From assembly GCA_946965045.2 (NCBI GenBank), contig OX337230.1, positions 1,178,001 through 1,242,000 on the forward strand: 64,000 bases of DNA, given 5' to 3'. This stretch comes from Epithemia pelagica (Eukaryota > Protista > Bacillariophyta). Shown piece by piece: positions 1 to 12,221 of this stretch; position 1 is the first letter of the stretch, and each line of letters begins with the position of its first letter. A program made the position numbers and the translations under genes. Below the pieces are notes generated by a model. The model was not told the origin of the DNA. It saw nothing but the letters and a program-made list of their open reading frames with translations, and did not search any database.

Positions 1-716
1 CTCTCAAGCCATTCACACTCCGTGTTATTCCACTCGTCACAATATCCTATTTTTAGTCTGTTGATGGAGGCTTCATCTGTAAAAATGTCCATTAACTAAA
101 TTAAGAAATGTCCTCCTATATTCTAGACATGAGATATAACTACTCCTACCATCCCATCGCCAATAGTTGAAGGGCTAGAACAAGGGCAATTTCCGCTGTC
201 AAAGTTGCTCATGACGGAGATCATGAACCGCTGCGTGGTTCGCAAAGGCATCAACACCACCAGTGATGCACAATCCTCATTCTTCATCATCGACATCGAC
301 TGAGAGAGTCTTGGGGTAAGAACCGCGACCGCGACCGTTCAACCGACAGTTTGGGGGATCAGCGGATGGATCAACGGACGGAATATCTCATGGATTTAGA
401 ACTTTTAGACATGAACGAATCTCAATGCAACCGTTGGAAGTACTTCGATGCCATGTTAGACATCCGTTCAACGCTTCCTTTGGCGGAATCATGTCCTCCT
501 CATTTGGAGACGAACGCCGTAAGTATATCAATCTGCTTGGCACAACCCAAAGCACGACTGCGATTTGTCCAAAGAAGCACTGTGTATAGATACTGTTGAT
601 CCGTCGTTGGAAGAATCCGGGAACAAATAATCACATCAACACCTCCAAGCGAAGCTCAAATACTGGAACAAATCTCATCAACATTACCAAAATCATCAGG
701 ACCGAACTGACTGACG

Positions 717-1881
717 ATGAGAACCTTGGTCGGATTCCCACAATGCTTGTTATGTTTGCTTCTTCTGTCCCCGATGGTCCTTGTTCGGGCCCGCACATCC
801 TTTGCTTACGTGGGCATGCAATGCAAAAGGAATCGTTGGTCCATGAAAGGAGAAACGGTCATTTGCAATCACCAAGATTCCTTGACCTGTTCAGCAGGCG
901 ACGAAGTTACTATGGTCGGTGATTTGAAAATTCATACGAGTTTGCCCCAAGAATACCAAACAATTATCAAAGAATGCAAATATCACTTTGGTCCCTTCTC
1001 CTTTGCCTGTCCATACGATCAAAAGTTTGATGATTTGGATCTCTGTGAACGCGGAAATCTCAAGCCCCAAACGTACGTTATTGCAGATGTCGTTCTCTGT
1101 TCCAGTTTAGACAAACCATCATCAACCGAGTGCTGACACCATGAACTTGTTTTCTTTCTTGATTGGAATACTCGTTGCTCATGGATCGATTGGCTCATCA
1201 TCATGCAGTGATGATATATATTGTGGCAAAGCAGGAAGCTATTCCTTGTTCATTCAAGAGGAGCTGCCTGGATTTCGATTGGTGCTAGGTTTTGGTATGT
1301 TTGTCATGACTGTGTCCTTTTGAACTGCTTCTTGGTTCTTTCCATTCTGACAATACACTCCTTCAATGGATCATTCGCCTTTGTTCTAATGACATTTTCT
1401 CCGTCTTGAAGGCTACGCCATGTACTTGGAAGGATCGATTATTGATACGACCGATCCGAACAATCCCTTTGAGTATGAGCATTGTACGATGGAATTTCAT
1501 GCTGTACGACCCTCCTTTCTCTCGTCGTCAACGTACTCGAAATTGTTTGGTTCCGCAAATTCCGCCTACAGCTATGATGGAGTGGCGGCTGCGGTTGGTG
1601 TGTCGGCGCTCATCTTGATTTATTATCGTACATGCCGACGTGGTCAACAACGAACCGCCGCTGTGGAAGAAGAGGCCGTTCCAACCTTTCCCGAGGATGG
1701 ATCGTCCTACAAGATGAATCATCCTCTTCCAATTCATCCTCAAAATGCTCACAATACCAACAACAATCACAACCCATTGTCGCCGTCGTGTTCGTTTGTC
1801 GAAATGACCGACCGGCAGTCTCACAGTGTACACACGGCAATGGCAGGCACCTCCTTCATGGGTTCCTCGTCGGTGGTGTAG
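717..1881 (+). CDS. Cys-rich type I membrane protein (signal peptide, luminal Cys-rich domain, one TM, cytosolic tail); 3 exons, ~303 aa
   Basis: Exons 717-1072, 1209-1294 and 1412-1881 join in frame through GT-AG introns (gtacgt...tgcag; gtatgt...ttgaag). N-terminal hydrophobic signal (CLLCLLLLSPMVLVRA) and TM VAAAVGVSALILIYY followed by RTCRR. Confidence 0.7.
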
Positions 1882-2372
1882 TAGCGGCACATTCGACAAA
1901 GCCACGACATTTGATTCTTGAGCGGCGATCCATTGTTTGTCCTTGTCCTCCTGCCTTTAAAAGAGAGAAGACCCGACTCTTGCCCAACGCTGAACGTAGT
2001 GCACATGATATTGGGGAAATGGTCGGGGGGTCACGACCCGATGGATAAATGTACGAGTCTGAGGGTCCTGTACAGTAATGTGTCTTCTAGTAGAAGTGTA
2101 GCTCTAAGGTCATTAGTATGAAGGATCCCAGGCGATCTTGTTGAACAGGTCGCTGCTGTTTTGAGTTACTGGTCGAGTATGCTGTACTTCTAAGATGCAA
2201 AATGCCAAGCCTTTCGCTGGGACTATACTGCCACTCCCTCGCCGACATGCCTAGAAAGAGCGTTAAGGCTAAGGGAAATATCCAGTCGCAGAAATCCGTA
2301 GTCGCGCTCGTAGAGTCCCGAGTGCTAGCAAGGGTATCTTGTTTCTTCTGTATCTTTTCGCGTTCTCGGATC

Positions 2373-3723
2373 ATGACTCCCCTCCTATGGACGCAAACAG
2401 GCAGTAGACTGTTGCAAAGGATGCAAGGAAAAATGTCCATATCTTCGGTAGCCGTCCTGACACCGTTTGATCCGTCGATGATTGAGCGGACGGAGGATGA
2501 AAAAGCGACCGTCAGCGATATGGACCAAGCCAAGGATGCCCTGGACCAATTCAACCACCCTCGCCAGCGTCGAGCGCTGATTTTGTCCGAGCTTCATGCC
2601 AGAAGCCAAGAGAACTCCAGTCTGGATGCAACCTTCGAGGTCCCCACAGAAATAATGTCTGTAAAGCAGTGGATGGAACTGTATTCGCCCACTCATAGCC
2701 AAGGCCTCTTGACATTTTTGGCGTCCGCGTGGTCGAAATGGGATAGCTTTCAACAAGGACGTTCAGGTCCTCGCAAAAATCACCTCTTTTCCGGAGGAGC
2801 ACCCGTGTTTCGAGACATGGACAACCAACGACCATCGCAAAGTGTCATGGGACAAATGGGGTATTATTGTACAGACTCCCATACACCAGGTGAGAATACA
2901 GAAATACACATCATATTCACAACGGTCTGAAACAAGTTCCTGGTGCATTCTCCGATGGTGAGGTTTTTACTGATACTGTTGTCTTATTGTTGTGTTGATC
3001 ATTCACTCTGTAGTATTTGAGGATTTACTGAGCGAGCTTCAGATGGATGGAACTTTGATTCAAAGAGCAGCCAAAATGGTGTCGGATGGTACAAGTCAAA
3101 CGGTGTATACCATGGTGACGCATCCAGGTCACCATGCAGCAAAAGATAGTTTCGGTGGGTACTGCTATGTCAATCATGTTGCCGCCTTGGCCAAGCTCAT
3201 TCAACGAGAAAAGGGGGAGGAAACCAAAGTGGCAATTGTTGACGTCGATTACCATGCAGGGAATGGTACTGCGTCCATCTTGTACAACGACCCCTCTGTT
3301 TTGGTGGTTAGTATTCATTGTGACCCAAACTACGACTATCCCTTCCACAGTGGTTATGCCGATGAAACGGGGAGTGGCGAAGGGCAAGGTGCGACACTGC
3401 ATGTGCCTCTCCCACCCGGAACCCAATGGAACGGATACCAAGAGGCACTCACAAAAGCTATGGAGGCCGTGAATGCTTTTGGTGCCGAGGTTTTGTTAGT
3501 ATCGTTGGGACTGGACACACATGATCAAGATCCAGTCTCTGTGAAACGCGCAGGGTTTTGTTTACAAGGAAACGACTATCTTTCCCTGGGCACCATGCTT
3601 GCCAAATTGGCCCCTTCCAATGTGCCTGTCGTCTTTCTTCAAGAGGGTGGCTACCGGATGGATACTGTGGCTCATGCCGCTGCGGACGTGCTCATGGCGT
3701 TTAGTCAACACAGGACAGGTTAA
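2373..3723 (+). CDS. Histone deacetylase-family Zn hydrolase, acetylpolyamine amidohydrolase-like; 2 exons
   Basis: Motifs HPGHHA..GGYCYVN, VAIVDVDYHAGNG, VSIHCDP..YPF, LGLDTH and FLQEGGY. Exon 1 carries HS..LLTFLASAWSKW and MGYYCTDSHTP. Intron 2890-3013 (gtgaga...tgtag) joins HTP to VFEDLL in frame. Start codon uncertain (2373, 2421 or 2433). Confidence 0.9.
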
Positions 3724-3867
3724 AAGAGGCATCTTAAAAGAAGTTGCTACTCCTAGTTATATAAAGATACCAGTTTTGTTCCAAAGATGATACCATTCAA
3801 CACAGCTGGGCACGGAACATGGTAGGGCCATAGCCATGGCACATCCACGTTGCTCTGCACTGGAGGT

Positions 3868-6800
3868 TCACGAGGTTCTCTTGGACAGCGTGGTAACATA
3901 GGCATGTTCACATAGTTGTGCCATGGTCGGTCGAAACGCTTGGTCGTACGCCAAACAGTTTCGAATAAAGGTTTTGCATTCTTCCGACACTGCCGGTCGA
4001 TCTGGAAATGGTGCCTGATGAGCGTTCAACATGGTCCGATTGCTCAAAATAGAATCTTGAGATTGCCCGTCCCCAAACGGGCGCTTCCCAAAGAGCATTT
4101 GATAGAAAATCACTCCAATCGACCAGACATCCACTTTGTTTGAGATGCGGACTGTTTCGTCCATGACAAAACATTCCGGAGGCAGGTACCAGTAGGTCCC
4201 AGCGCCTTGCGATGTCAACTCCATACTCTCTGCTGGGTCGTGAGCATCGACAATCTTGCTAAGTCCAAAATCCGTAATCTTTGCGTCACCAAATTCGTCA
4301 AACAAAATGTTTCCCGGTTTCAAATCATAGTGAATGATGCCTTGACGACCGCCGTCCTCGGATGGTTGACTGAGATATTGCATCCCCGACAATATCTGCA
4401 ACAAAATGGACTTGGCGTCACGCTCTGGTAATCTTCGCTTCTCTTTTAGCATTGTATCAAGATCGGTTCCCTCACAAAATTCCAAGACTGTGGCAAACGA
4501 ATTGTTGTCAATCTCAAACACATCAAAGAGTGACACAATGCGAGGGTGTCGGACATTGCGGTGAATCTCATATTCTCTCGAAACATGCTTGGTGTAGTTT
4601 TCCTTTTTGGATTCCGACCATCGAGGATCCAGTTGATGAATCTTGACAGCCACCTCTCGCAATTCCACCAAATCAAAGGCCCGCCATACTTCGGAAAAGC
4701 CGCCCTTGCCAAGCAAGCACTTGAGCACATATCTGGCATGCATTTTCAGACCCGTTCGAAACCGAGAAGCGTCTTCACTTGCCACTCTTTTCAACGCTCG
4801 AATATGAGCTCCTTTTTCGTCATTCAGTTTTTGCTCTTGGGCCAGTAACTCACGTTCTTCTTTTCGTAGATTTTCCAAATGAAAACGGGCCGACTCGAGA
4901 GCTTGCATTGCATCCATTTTGGTTCGCACAGGCATGTCACCGGAGAAGGATGGTGTGTTGTTGTTGATGCTACTTTGACTAGTGTCGGAGGGCGATTTAG
5001 GATCCTTTTCGGTAGTAGGTTCCAAAGGAGATTCGGGTGGTGACAACCATTCCTGCGCCTGCTTTTGTGCCGCCCGATACCGGGATTCCAATCGTTTTCG
5101 CTTCTCCCTCCAAGCACTCTTTCGCTGCACCAAGCTGCAAATGGCATGCCCTTCTTCCCAATTTTCGACCGGGGCGGATCGAATCCCCCCTCGACTGTAT
5201 ACCAAACGTCCCAATCGAGCTCCATCCGCCGCCAATCGTTCTCGTACGACTCGTGCCGTCCGCGTGGCATCGGCGAGGACAAATTCCTCCAAGACAGTTC
5301 GGCTCCGAGATTCCCATTCCGCCTGTCGTTCCTTGAGCTCTTTTAATTCCTTATCCCGTTGATCGAGGGCGGCTTGGAGTGCCGTGTGAAGAATGGTCCG
5401 ATTGTTGGCGACTGCCTTCAATTGTTCCTCCTTGTCGCGACAGGTTTGTTCGAGTTCTTGAATTCGTTTTTCCAGAGCAGGATTGGCATTGGCTGTGGAA
5501 GTGGATTCCACCGAACTGGATTTCCGAGGGAGTCGTGCTTTGGGCGAATTGGACACACTTGCTTCTTGTGCTTGTGGTTGTTGCATCTCTTCACCGTCGC
5601 CCTGAGGTTCCGACTTGGGAGAAAGTGTGCACACCACCTTGTCCTGGTTGGAGACTTTGCGTCGTTTTGGATGAGTGGTGGAGGGAAAGAAATCGTACAA
5701 GGTTGGATGAGCTCGTGCTGGTGGTTGCGTGGTCGAGTGGAGCCGAGCCTTTTTGGAATCCGCCCCGTCTCGACTCGCACTGGCCGATCGTGGTGTCAGA
5801 GACTTTTTGGGAGACGGTCGTCGGGGTGTAGCGGCTATGGAAACACGAGGTTTGGTCGTCTCGGGTGGTAGTGGATCGTGGCTGGAGGGGGGCTCCATTC
5901 CCTCCTCCTTGATCACGACCGCCGCCGAGGATGAGTGTGTTGTTGTTGCTGTGGTTGTTGTTATCGTCGTAGTGTTGTTTGGTTGGGGTCCCTTTTTGGG
6001 TGTTTGTTTGGCTGTGCTCTTGGAGGCTTTGAGTTGGTTGGTTCGACTCGTGGCCAAGGCGCGCTGTACTGCAGGACGCAAGGCATTGTTCCGATTCGTA
6101 GTGGTCCCAGTGTGTGGCACATTTTCCTTGACGGATGGCTCTTCGACCTTGACTGGAACGGACTTGCGCTTCTTCTGTATATAGGAGCAACGACCCAAGA
6201 GGTGGTGAGGAAAAAAAAACAAGCCATACATGCGCCGAAAGACTCTTGGTCTGTGAACGTACCGTTGGTTCGACCACGGGTGGTGTGCGGAGGGAGGGTG
6301 TTTGGTCACCCTCCGCGGCAATTGTCGCCACGCCTCCATTGGTAGATTGTGGTTCGGTGGTGGAGGACAGTGCCTGTTGCTGCTGCTGCAGCATTGGCTG
6401 GTCCTCCTGCTGCTGCTCCTCGGTTTGGACTGGTGGTTGTTGTGGTGGTGGTTCTCGCCCGGTGGACCGATTGTGCAACAAGCGAGTCGAGGATTCGGAC
6501 GAAACTTCGGAGCACGAGGACGAGGCAACGACCAACCCGTGCGGATCGGTCGTCGTTGTTGCGGCGGCCGCGGCCACTTTTTGCAAGTGTCGATCCGTGG
6601 CGAGTCGGACTTGATCCAGAGTGGAGGTGGTCAGGAGTCCACGTTTGGACCGTGTGCGGAGCAGAAGCGCCCCCTGGTGGGTGGAACCGCCGTGTGTGGC
6701 GGGCAGGTCCATGGTGGGAGAATCAAAGCCAAAGCTGTGAAAGGGTTTGAGGTGTCGTTGTTGCTGCTGTTGCTGTCGTTGCTGCTGTTGCGAATGATTG

Positions 6801-7087
6801 TGGGGCGATTGCGAAAAGGAGGAGGGTTGAAACGAGGTGCTTTCCGACGTGGCCGTCAACGGACTGTGACCCACCGGAAAGACGCGCGATTCCAACAATT
6901 CGAGTTTTCGTTCGGCGGCCGATTGATGAAAATAGGCACCCGTGCCTCGATTCGTCCCCACCGATCCGTGACTTTCAATGCTGTGCAAGGTCGTGGTGAC
7001 ATGTTGCTGAGGAACTCTGCTACTGCTACTGCTGTTGGAGCCACCACTGTGGTGGCTGTTGGCGCTTTTGTTGCTTCGAGACATGTG
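3868..7087 (-). CDS. TLK: Tousled-like Ser/Thr kinase; 2 exons, ~1040 aa
   Basis: Coiled coil with DGARLGRLVY..ENWEEG, then kinase motifs LLGKGGFSEV, VAVKIHQL, HYDLKPGNILF, KITDFGLSK, LTSQGAGTYWYLPPECF and FGDGQSQ, all typical of TLK. Phase-0 intron probably 6262-6175 (gtacgt...atacag); an alternative donor lies at 6229. Confidence 0.93.
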
Positions 7088-7873
7088 AATCCTTGGAGAG
7101 TTCCAAATGACACGTTTGCAATCACGAGGGGAGTCCAAGTTTACAAGAACTTTTGGACAGACAACTCGCCCGAAAAGGGTTGCTCCCCACACGATACTTT
7201 ACTGCAGACGACGAAGAAGAGTTTGAAAACGTCTGGGTCAACACATTCACGGTCCAACCACTCGTCTTTTTATGGAACCACAGGTGCAGACAGATTGGGT
7301 GACTGGCAACGAAGTGAGTTCCTCACCACAAACCACAAACCGCAAACCGCACAGATGAGCAGTTTGTCAGTGCCAATGGAGAGGGGGTTACGCGAATGCG
7401 TTGAATGGCGGATAAATAATGACACAACTGGCTTCGTCGTTCGCTCTTTGTGGTGCTAGAACTTTGTTGGAGGATGGGACAGACACACTCACTCACCGCA
7501 AAACTGTTCTAAGATGACAACAAATGAGCCGAGAGAGGGAGGTGCCTCCTTGGAGGTTGCCCTGTTGCACGTTGATAGTGGGGGCTACCACTCTCTCTTC
7601 CAACTATGGACCCTTGCGTCGCGGGAACATCGGCTGGCGTTTCGCGGTCATTCGTCCGGCGCTTCGCGCTGCGCCCTCGTTGTCCGACGCGCCGACACAT
7701 AAGTGACGGACTCTTGGGGGCAATCGTCAAAACCATTCCAGCACGCGCGCATCGGAGGGGTCGACCCACTGACTCCTCAAGACTGTATTGGCAGGATGTC
7801 TGTCCGTGACTCATCATCATGTGGATGTGGATGGCATACACACACGCGTCTGTCCATTTTCGGTTGGTTCACC

Positions 7874-8518
7874 ATGGTGTACTATTTTACGAGCCGGTGC
7901 GGGGAATTTACGATTTATATGGGAAAGGACAAGTATGAGAATGAAGATTTGATCAAATATGGATGGCCCGAAGACGTTTGGTTTCATGTGGATGATTTGA
8001 GTTCGGCACACGTCTACTTACGGATGAAATCTGGCATGACCCTGACGGATATTCCGGACGACTTGTTGTTGGACTGTACCTCCCTGGTCAAGGCCAATAG
8101 TATCCAAGGATGCAAAAAGTCCTCCGTCTACGTGATTTATACGCGATGGAAGAATCTCAAAAAGACCAATGACATGGTGGAGGGACAAGTCAGTTATCAC
8201 CGCCCCGACAATGTCAAGCGCATTTCCGTCGAAAAGAACAATCCGATTGTCCGTGCCTTGGAAAAAACCAAACAAGAATTGTATCCCGATTTGGCCGCCG
8301 AACAGGCCCAGAGACAACGAGAAATTCAATTGCAACAAAAGGCGGAATACAAACGATTGGCCAAGGAGAAGGAACTTGCCAAACGTAAAGCAATGGAGGA
8401 AAAGGAAGCTCGATCTTACGATCGGATCATGCATGAGGAAAACATGACGAGTACGAAAGACATGGAAGCTACGGCCGATGCCACTGCGGCAGAAGAATAC
8501 GAAGACGATTTCTTTTGA
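7874..8518 (+). CDS. CCDC25: Coiled-coil domain-containing protein 25 (NFACT-R/DUF814), 214 aa
   Basis: [61 protein letters not shown], closely matching CCDC25. Confidence 0.95.
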   Translation: MVYYFTSRCGEFTIYMGKDKYENEDLIKYGWPEDVWFHVDDLSSAHVYLRMKSGMTLTDIPDDLLLDCTSLVKANSIQGCKKSSVYVIYTRWKNLKKTNDMVEGQVSYHRPDNVKRISVEKNNPIVRALEKTKQELYPDLAAEQAQRQREIQLQQKAEYKRLAKEKELAKRKAMEEKEARSYDRIMHEENMTSTKDMEATADATAAEEYEDDFF

Positions 8519-8820
8519 ACATGAAACAACACGGACGTACAATGTGTTGTGGATCGATTCGTCGGCTTGTCGTTGGGACACTCGCGTTGCCCATTGGCGA
8601 CGACACGGATGGGAGTCTCAAATGACTCTTTGATTTAGGACTGCAGGAAAATGCGCAACTAGTGTCCTTCATTGAGTGGGTTACGTGCAAGGTCATTGAG
8701 TTGACTTCTGTTGCACCAGCCTTGCTACGAATGAAACCGAGGATCAGAGTCTTGCGACAACTAAGATCAAACGCGTAACCTCTCTAGAATGTTATACAGT
8801 TACCTCCTAAACTACACGTG

Positions 8821-10794
8821 TCATTGCGGTGACGCACTATCCGACAGAGTATAATGTTGCATGTAGTCATCAATAGCCGCAACGCCGTGGTCCAAATTTC
8901 TCCAGGCCGTGGGATTTTCTCGATTAAAGGAAGCTCCCAACAGCGGTGCGTACTTGTGCATGGCTCGAAGGTGTTCGCGTGGCACATAGTAAAAGGTATT
9001 TTTCAAGGCTCCCGTTTCATACCCCGCGAGTCGTTCCTTTTGCGAATGATATCCTCGCATGCGATTGATAAAGCCGGTAAAGGTCGAATGCCAACACCCA
9101 AAAAAGAGGCGTCCCCGTGACGCCACCAATTGATCAATCATGCCATAATAATTCGTATTGACATTGGTCAACAAGTGCTTGAAATCATCCAAAAAGTACA
9201 GATGCGGATAGTGTTTTCGTAAGGGTGCAAAAAAGTCCTTGTTCCGTTCATCCGTGGCAATAAATACAACACCGGCCTGGACAGCTTTTTGATTCCCTTG
9301 TGGGGGTTCATCGACACCAGCCAACACTTCCTTGACATTGTCGTAGATTTCGTTTGCTTCCAGACGCGTCTGTTTGAATTGAAAATCGCCTCGTCGAATA
9401 TGAAAGGTATCAAATTCATGAGATTTTTGCGTCAAGTTGTACGACAATTGTCGCAGGGCTTGTACCACTCGACCGGCCGCACATTGAATTTCATCAATGT
9501 ACCGGACGTGATCCCGCATAAACCGTTTCATCCACAAATCTTCTCTCCAATCCTCCAAAAACAAAAAGGAATAGAAATGCGTCAAAAAGCGGACCCGCAT
9601 CTTGTGATAACACATAAAATGCAAGACCGGAGCTTCTTGCATTTCCTTGTCATACAAACATAACTTGGCTCGTCGATTGATATTGTCCTTTAATCGATCA
9701 TACGTCGATGCATTGACTGGAACCGGATCTTTCACGTACGTTCGTGTTTCAAAGTCACCTTTCTCATGCATGGTTTCCAATAGTTCTACGAGTTTTTGGC
9801 CATCTTTTGGATCGGCACTGGCTGGAAAGGCAGCCATGCAGCTGGATGGTTGCCATAATGGCGTCAACGTGACATTGCGTAACCATTCTTTGAGTGGTTT
9901 AATATCTTCTCCGTTCCACTCGGTGCGATTGTTAAAGGGTGGAAACTCAACCTCTCCTGTATACTTGTTCCTCAGGTGACCTGTCAACGCTTCTCGTTCC
10001 AAAAACTCTTTGGTAGTGATAATGTGTAATCCCTTTTGTTCCGCCGCAAGTTCGTGCATGGGGAAGAAATCTTGAAAGGAGAAATTGATCTTTTGTTTCG
10101 AGGCATCTTTTTTCAGCAAATACATGCTCTGTTCCGGAGGCAGGACCAAAACGCGTCCAGTCGCTACAGCCAATCCCAGAATGGTTTCCATGGCCATTCG
10201 AATATTGTTCCAACCACCACCGTCAGGTTCAAATGTCATGTATTTGGTTCGACCTCCATTCTGTTGTTCCCGTTGATTGATTTGATGAAAGGGTGATTGG
10301 TATTGCGTGTCGCTGGGGATATCTTGCCAATAAACCATTTCTTGTGCCGCATCACGATCCATGGGACCCCCGTGCGCCTTACAATTCAACTCCATATGAG
10401 ATTGAGTCAAAGATGATGCAGAAGAGGAGGAGGAAGACTGGAGTGCATTGTTGTTGACTTGTTTCTTTCTCCGTTCCTGAGAAAAGGCTTTTGCATGTTT
10501 CAAAAAGTCTTTTTTGTGCAGTACGAGCTGCTGAGACGCCGATTTTGGATGCTTTCGGTGATCCGTGTTCGACGACAATCCATGGCTGTTGTTGCTGGAG
10601 TTGGTGTGGCTGGAAAAGCTATGATAGTAATTGAACACAGCGCTCAGAGCAATGGATGCACCCAACAGGGCTAACAAATAGGACGTGGTCGTCCATTTCT
10701 TTCCAGCGAATACAGGAGCTCGTTTTCCACTCGACTTAACGGATGATGGAGTGGCGGTTGATCCATCATTTGATACAGTTTTCCCTTTCATCAT
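8821..10794 (-). CDS. GDP-fucose O-fucosyltransferase family (O-FucT, GT-B), type II membrane, ~657 aa
   Basis: N-terminal TM (YLLALLGASIALSAVFNYY), then FEPDGGGWNNIRMAME, GRVLVLPP, HIRRGDF, FIATDE and DQLVAS..FFG..STFTGFINRMRGY. ATG at 10794 chosen; the ORF stays open upstream to 11160. Confidence 0.88.
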   Translation of the reverse strand: MMKGKTVSNDGSTATPSSVKSSGKRAPVFAGKKWTTTSYLLALLGASIALSAVFNYYHSFSSHTNSSNNSHGLSSNTDHRKHPKSASQQLVLHKKDFLKHAKAFSQERRKKQVNNNALQSSSSSSASSLTQSHMELNCKAHGGPMDRDAAQEMVYWQDIPSDTQYQSPFHQINQREQQNGGRTKYMTFEPDGGGWNNIRMAMETILGLAVATGRVLVLPPEQSMYLLKKDASKQKINFSFQDFFPMHELAAEQKGLHIITTKEFLEREALTGHLRNKYTGEVEFPPFNNRTEWNGEDIKPLKEWLRNVTLTPLWQPSSCMAAFPASADPKDGQKLVELLETMHEKGDFETRTYVKDPVPVNASTYDRLKDNINRRAKLCLYDKEMQEAPVLHFMCYHKMRVRFLTHFYSFLFLEDWREDLWMKRFMRDHVRYIDEIQCAAGRVVQALRQLSYNLTQKSHEFDTFHIRRGDFQFKQTRLEANEIYDNVKEVLAGVDEPPQGNQKAVQAGVVFIATDERNKDFFAPLRKHYPHLYFLDDFKHLLTNVNTNYYGMIDQLVASRGRLFFGCWHSTFTGFINRMRGYHSQKERLAGYETGALKNTFYYVPREHLRAMHKYAPLLGASFNRENPTAWRNLDHGVAAIDDYMQHYTLSDSASPQ

Positions 10795-10947
10795 GGCGTC
10801 ATGGACGAGGAGACAGAAATGACCAACTTTTTTACTCGGGATGCCTCCATGCTCTTCACGAGACCAAACCGCGACAGATAGAAGCGACTGAAAGACCCTC
10901 GATTTTTTTGCATACGCGCTTTGTTCTGCATCGTCACCAATTTCACC
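10795..10947. promoter_or_regulatory. Probable compact bidirectional promoter between O-FucT (-) and MPDU1 (+)
   Basis: Only ~150 nt separate the two inferred divergent start codons. Confidence 0.5.
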
Positions 10948-11745
10948 ATGAGGCTTTCGGAGGTTCCAATGTTCAATGTTTTGGCTAGATGGGTATGGGA
11001 AGACGATCCAGATCCGACAGTTTCTCCAGAAGTTTGCTTGGAGGCCATACCGTTCATGCCAGAAGGATGCTGGGGTCGATTGATTGCCAAAGGGCTGGGG
11101 ATTGGTATCATTTTGGGAGCTTGTATCAGTAAAGTGCCCATGATTGTAAATTTGTGGCAAAGCAAATCAACAGCTGGTTTATCCAAACAAGGCCTTTATG
11201 CAGAAGTGGTTCTGGTTGCCAACACCGCCGCGTATGGCATGTTGGAAGGCCATCCCTTTACATCCTACGGAGAAGTGGTCGCCCTTCTCATCCAATCGAT
11301 TCTCATTGTCGCGTTACTTTGGCAATACAGTAACAATGACCCTGTCCCCATTTCTCATGTGGAGCGATCTGTTGTTGGACTGATAAGTGTGGTATATGTG
11401 CTGGTTTTGTCTCTGGTGTGGCCATCCGAATGGAACTTTGTCTTGCTGGCATCGTCCTGGCCTGTCATGTTGTACTCACGCATCTCGCAAATGTGGGAGA
11501 GTTATTGTGCGAAGCATACCGGTGCGCAATCTGGTATTACCATTGGACTGAATACAATTGGAACGGCCATTCGATTGTTTACCACTTGGAAAGAAGTGGG
11601 TCTGGAGCTGGCCTTGTTGATGAATTTTGGATTGGCCTTTTTCACCAACGTGGCCATGCTCAGTCAATACTTTTTCTATCGCAGCAATACTGACAAGTTT
11701 CTTCAAGATCTCAAAGAAGAACAATCCAAAAAGAAACAAGAATAA
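10948..11745 (+). CDS. MPDU1: Mannose-P-dolichol utilization defect 1 (Lec35) PQ-loop protein
   Basis: LIAKGLGIGIILGACISKVPMIVNL..KSTAGLS, GHPFTSYGE, SRISQ...KHTGAQS and RLFTTWKEV; about 7 hydrophobic segments. Start at 10948 or 10969. Confidence 0.87.
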   Translation: MRLSEVPMFNVLARWVWEDDPDPTVSPEVCLEAIPFMPEGCWGRLIAKGLGIGIILGACISKVPMIVNLWQSKSTAGLSKQGLYAEVVLVANTAAYGMLEGHPFTSYGEVVALLIQSILIVALLWQYSNNDPVPISHVERSVVGLISVVYVLVLSLVWPSEWNFVLLASSWPVMLYSRISQMWESYCAKHTGAQSGITIGLNTIGTAIRLFTTWKEVGLELALLMNFGLAFFTNVAMLSQYFFYRSNTDKFLQDLKEEQSKKKQE

Positions 11746-12221
11746 ATAAACCAGAATGCTCAACATAACTGCAATAGACGAACTACCAACTTTCGCTTCG
11801 CCATATTTTGCATGAAGTCTTGTCTCGACCATCGTAGTGGGCTGGTGGGATTTGACTCACAATGGACTGCGCAGCAAAAAACATTTTCAATTCGGTCAAG
11901 TGTCATATTGGCCTCTTGTCACACTTGCAGGTCCAAGCAAACTTGCACCATGAAAACACCCACGTGTCTCGGATAAGGTTGTGGACTTCCAAGATATGAT
12001 TGAAACGACACGCGTCGATCGTCTTCAACAGGAACGTGAAGAAGTGCTCTGTCATCCATCATGTGTCGCAAATCAACTTTTGATATTGCTGGAACAAACG
12101 GGAGTGAAGAGTGAACACGAGCACAGTTCAAAAGTTTGCGTTGTCCACTTTAGGTGCTGATTTCTACAGTACACCAGCACAATCCGACAGTGCCCCACAA
12201 AGTGAACTTCGATGCGAGATG

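Noticed and set aside
1-600. Short ORFs and partial self-similarity (ccgttcaac twice) at the window start
   Set aside because: Too short and degenerate to support a gene end, MITE or RNA gene.
6175-6229. 55-nt intron in TLK using the gtatgg donor
   Set aside because: In frame, but the upstream gtacgt donor at 6262 is a better consensus match and gives a more typical 88-nt intron; not excluded.
5359-7459. Long plus-strand ORFs (e.g. 6302-7459, 385 aa) opposite TLK
   Set aside because: Antisense shadows of low-complexity CAA/ACC-rich coding sequence, with no motifs.
10795-11186. N-terminal extensions of the O-FucT ORF to 11160 and a 131-aa minus-strand ORF
   Set aside because: They overlap the well-supported MPDU1 coding region; the Met at 10794 precedes a normal type II anchor.
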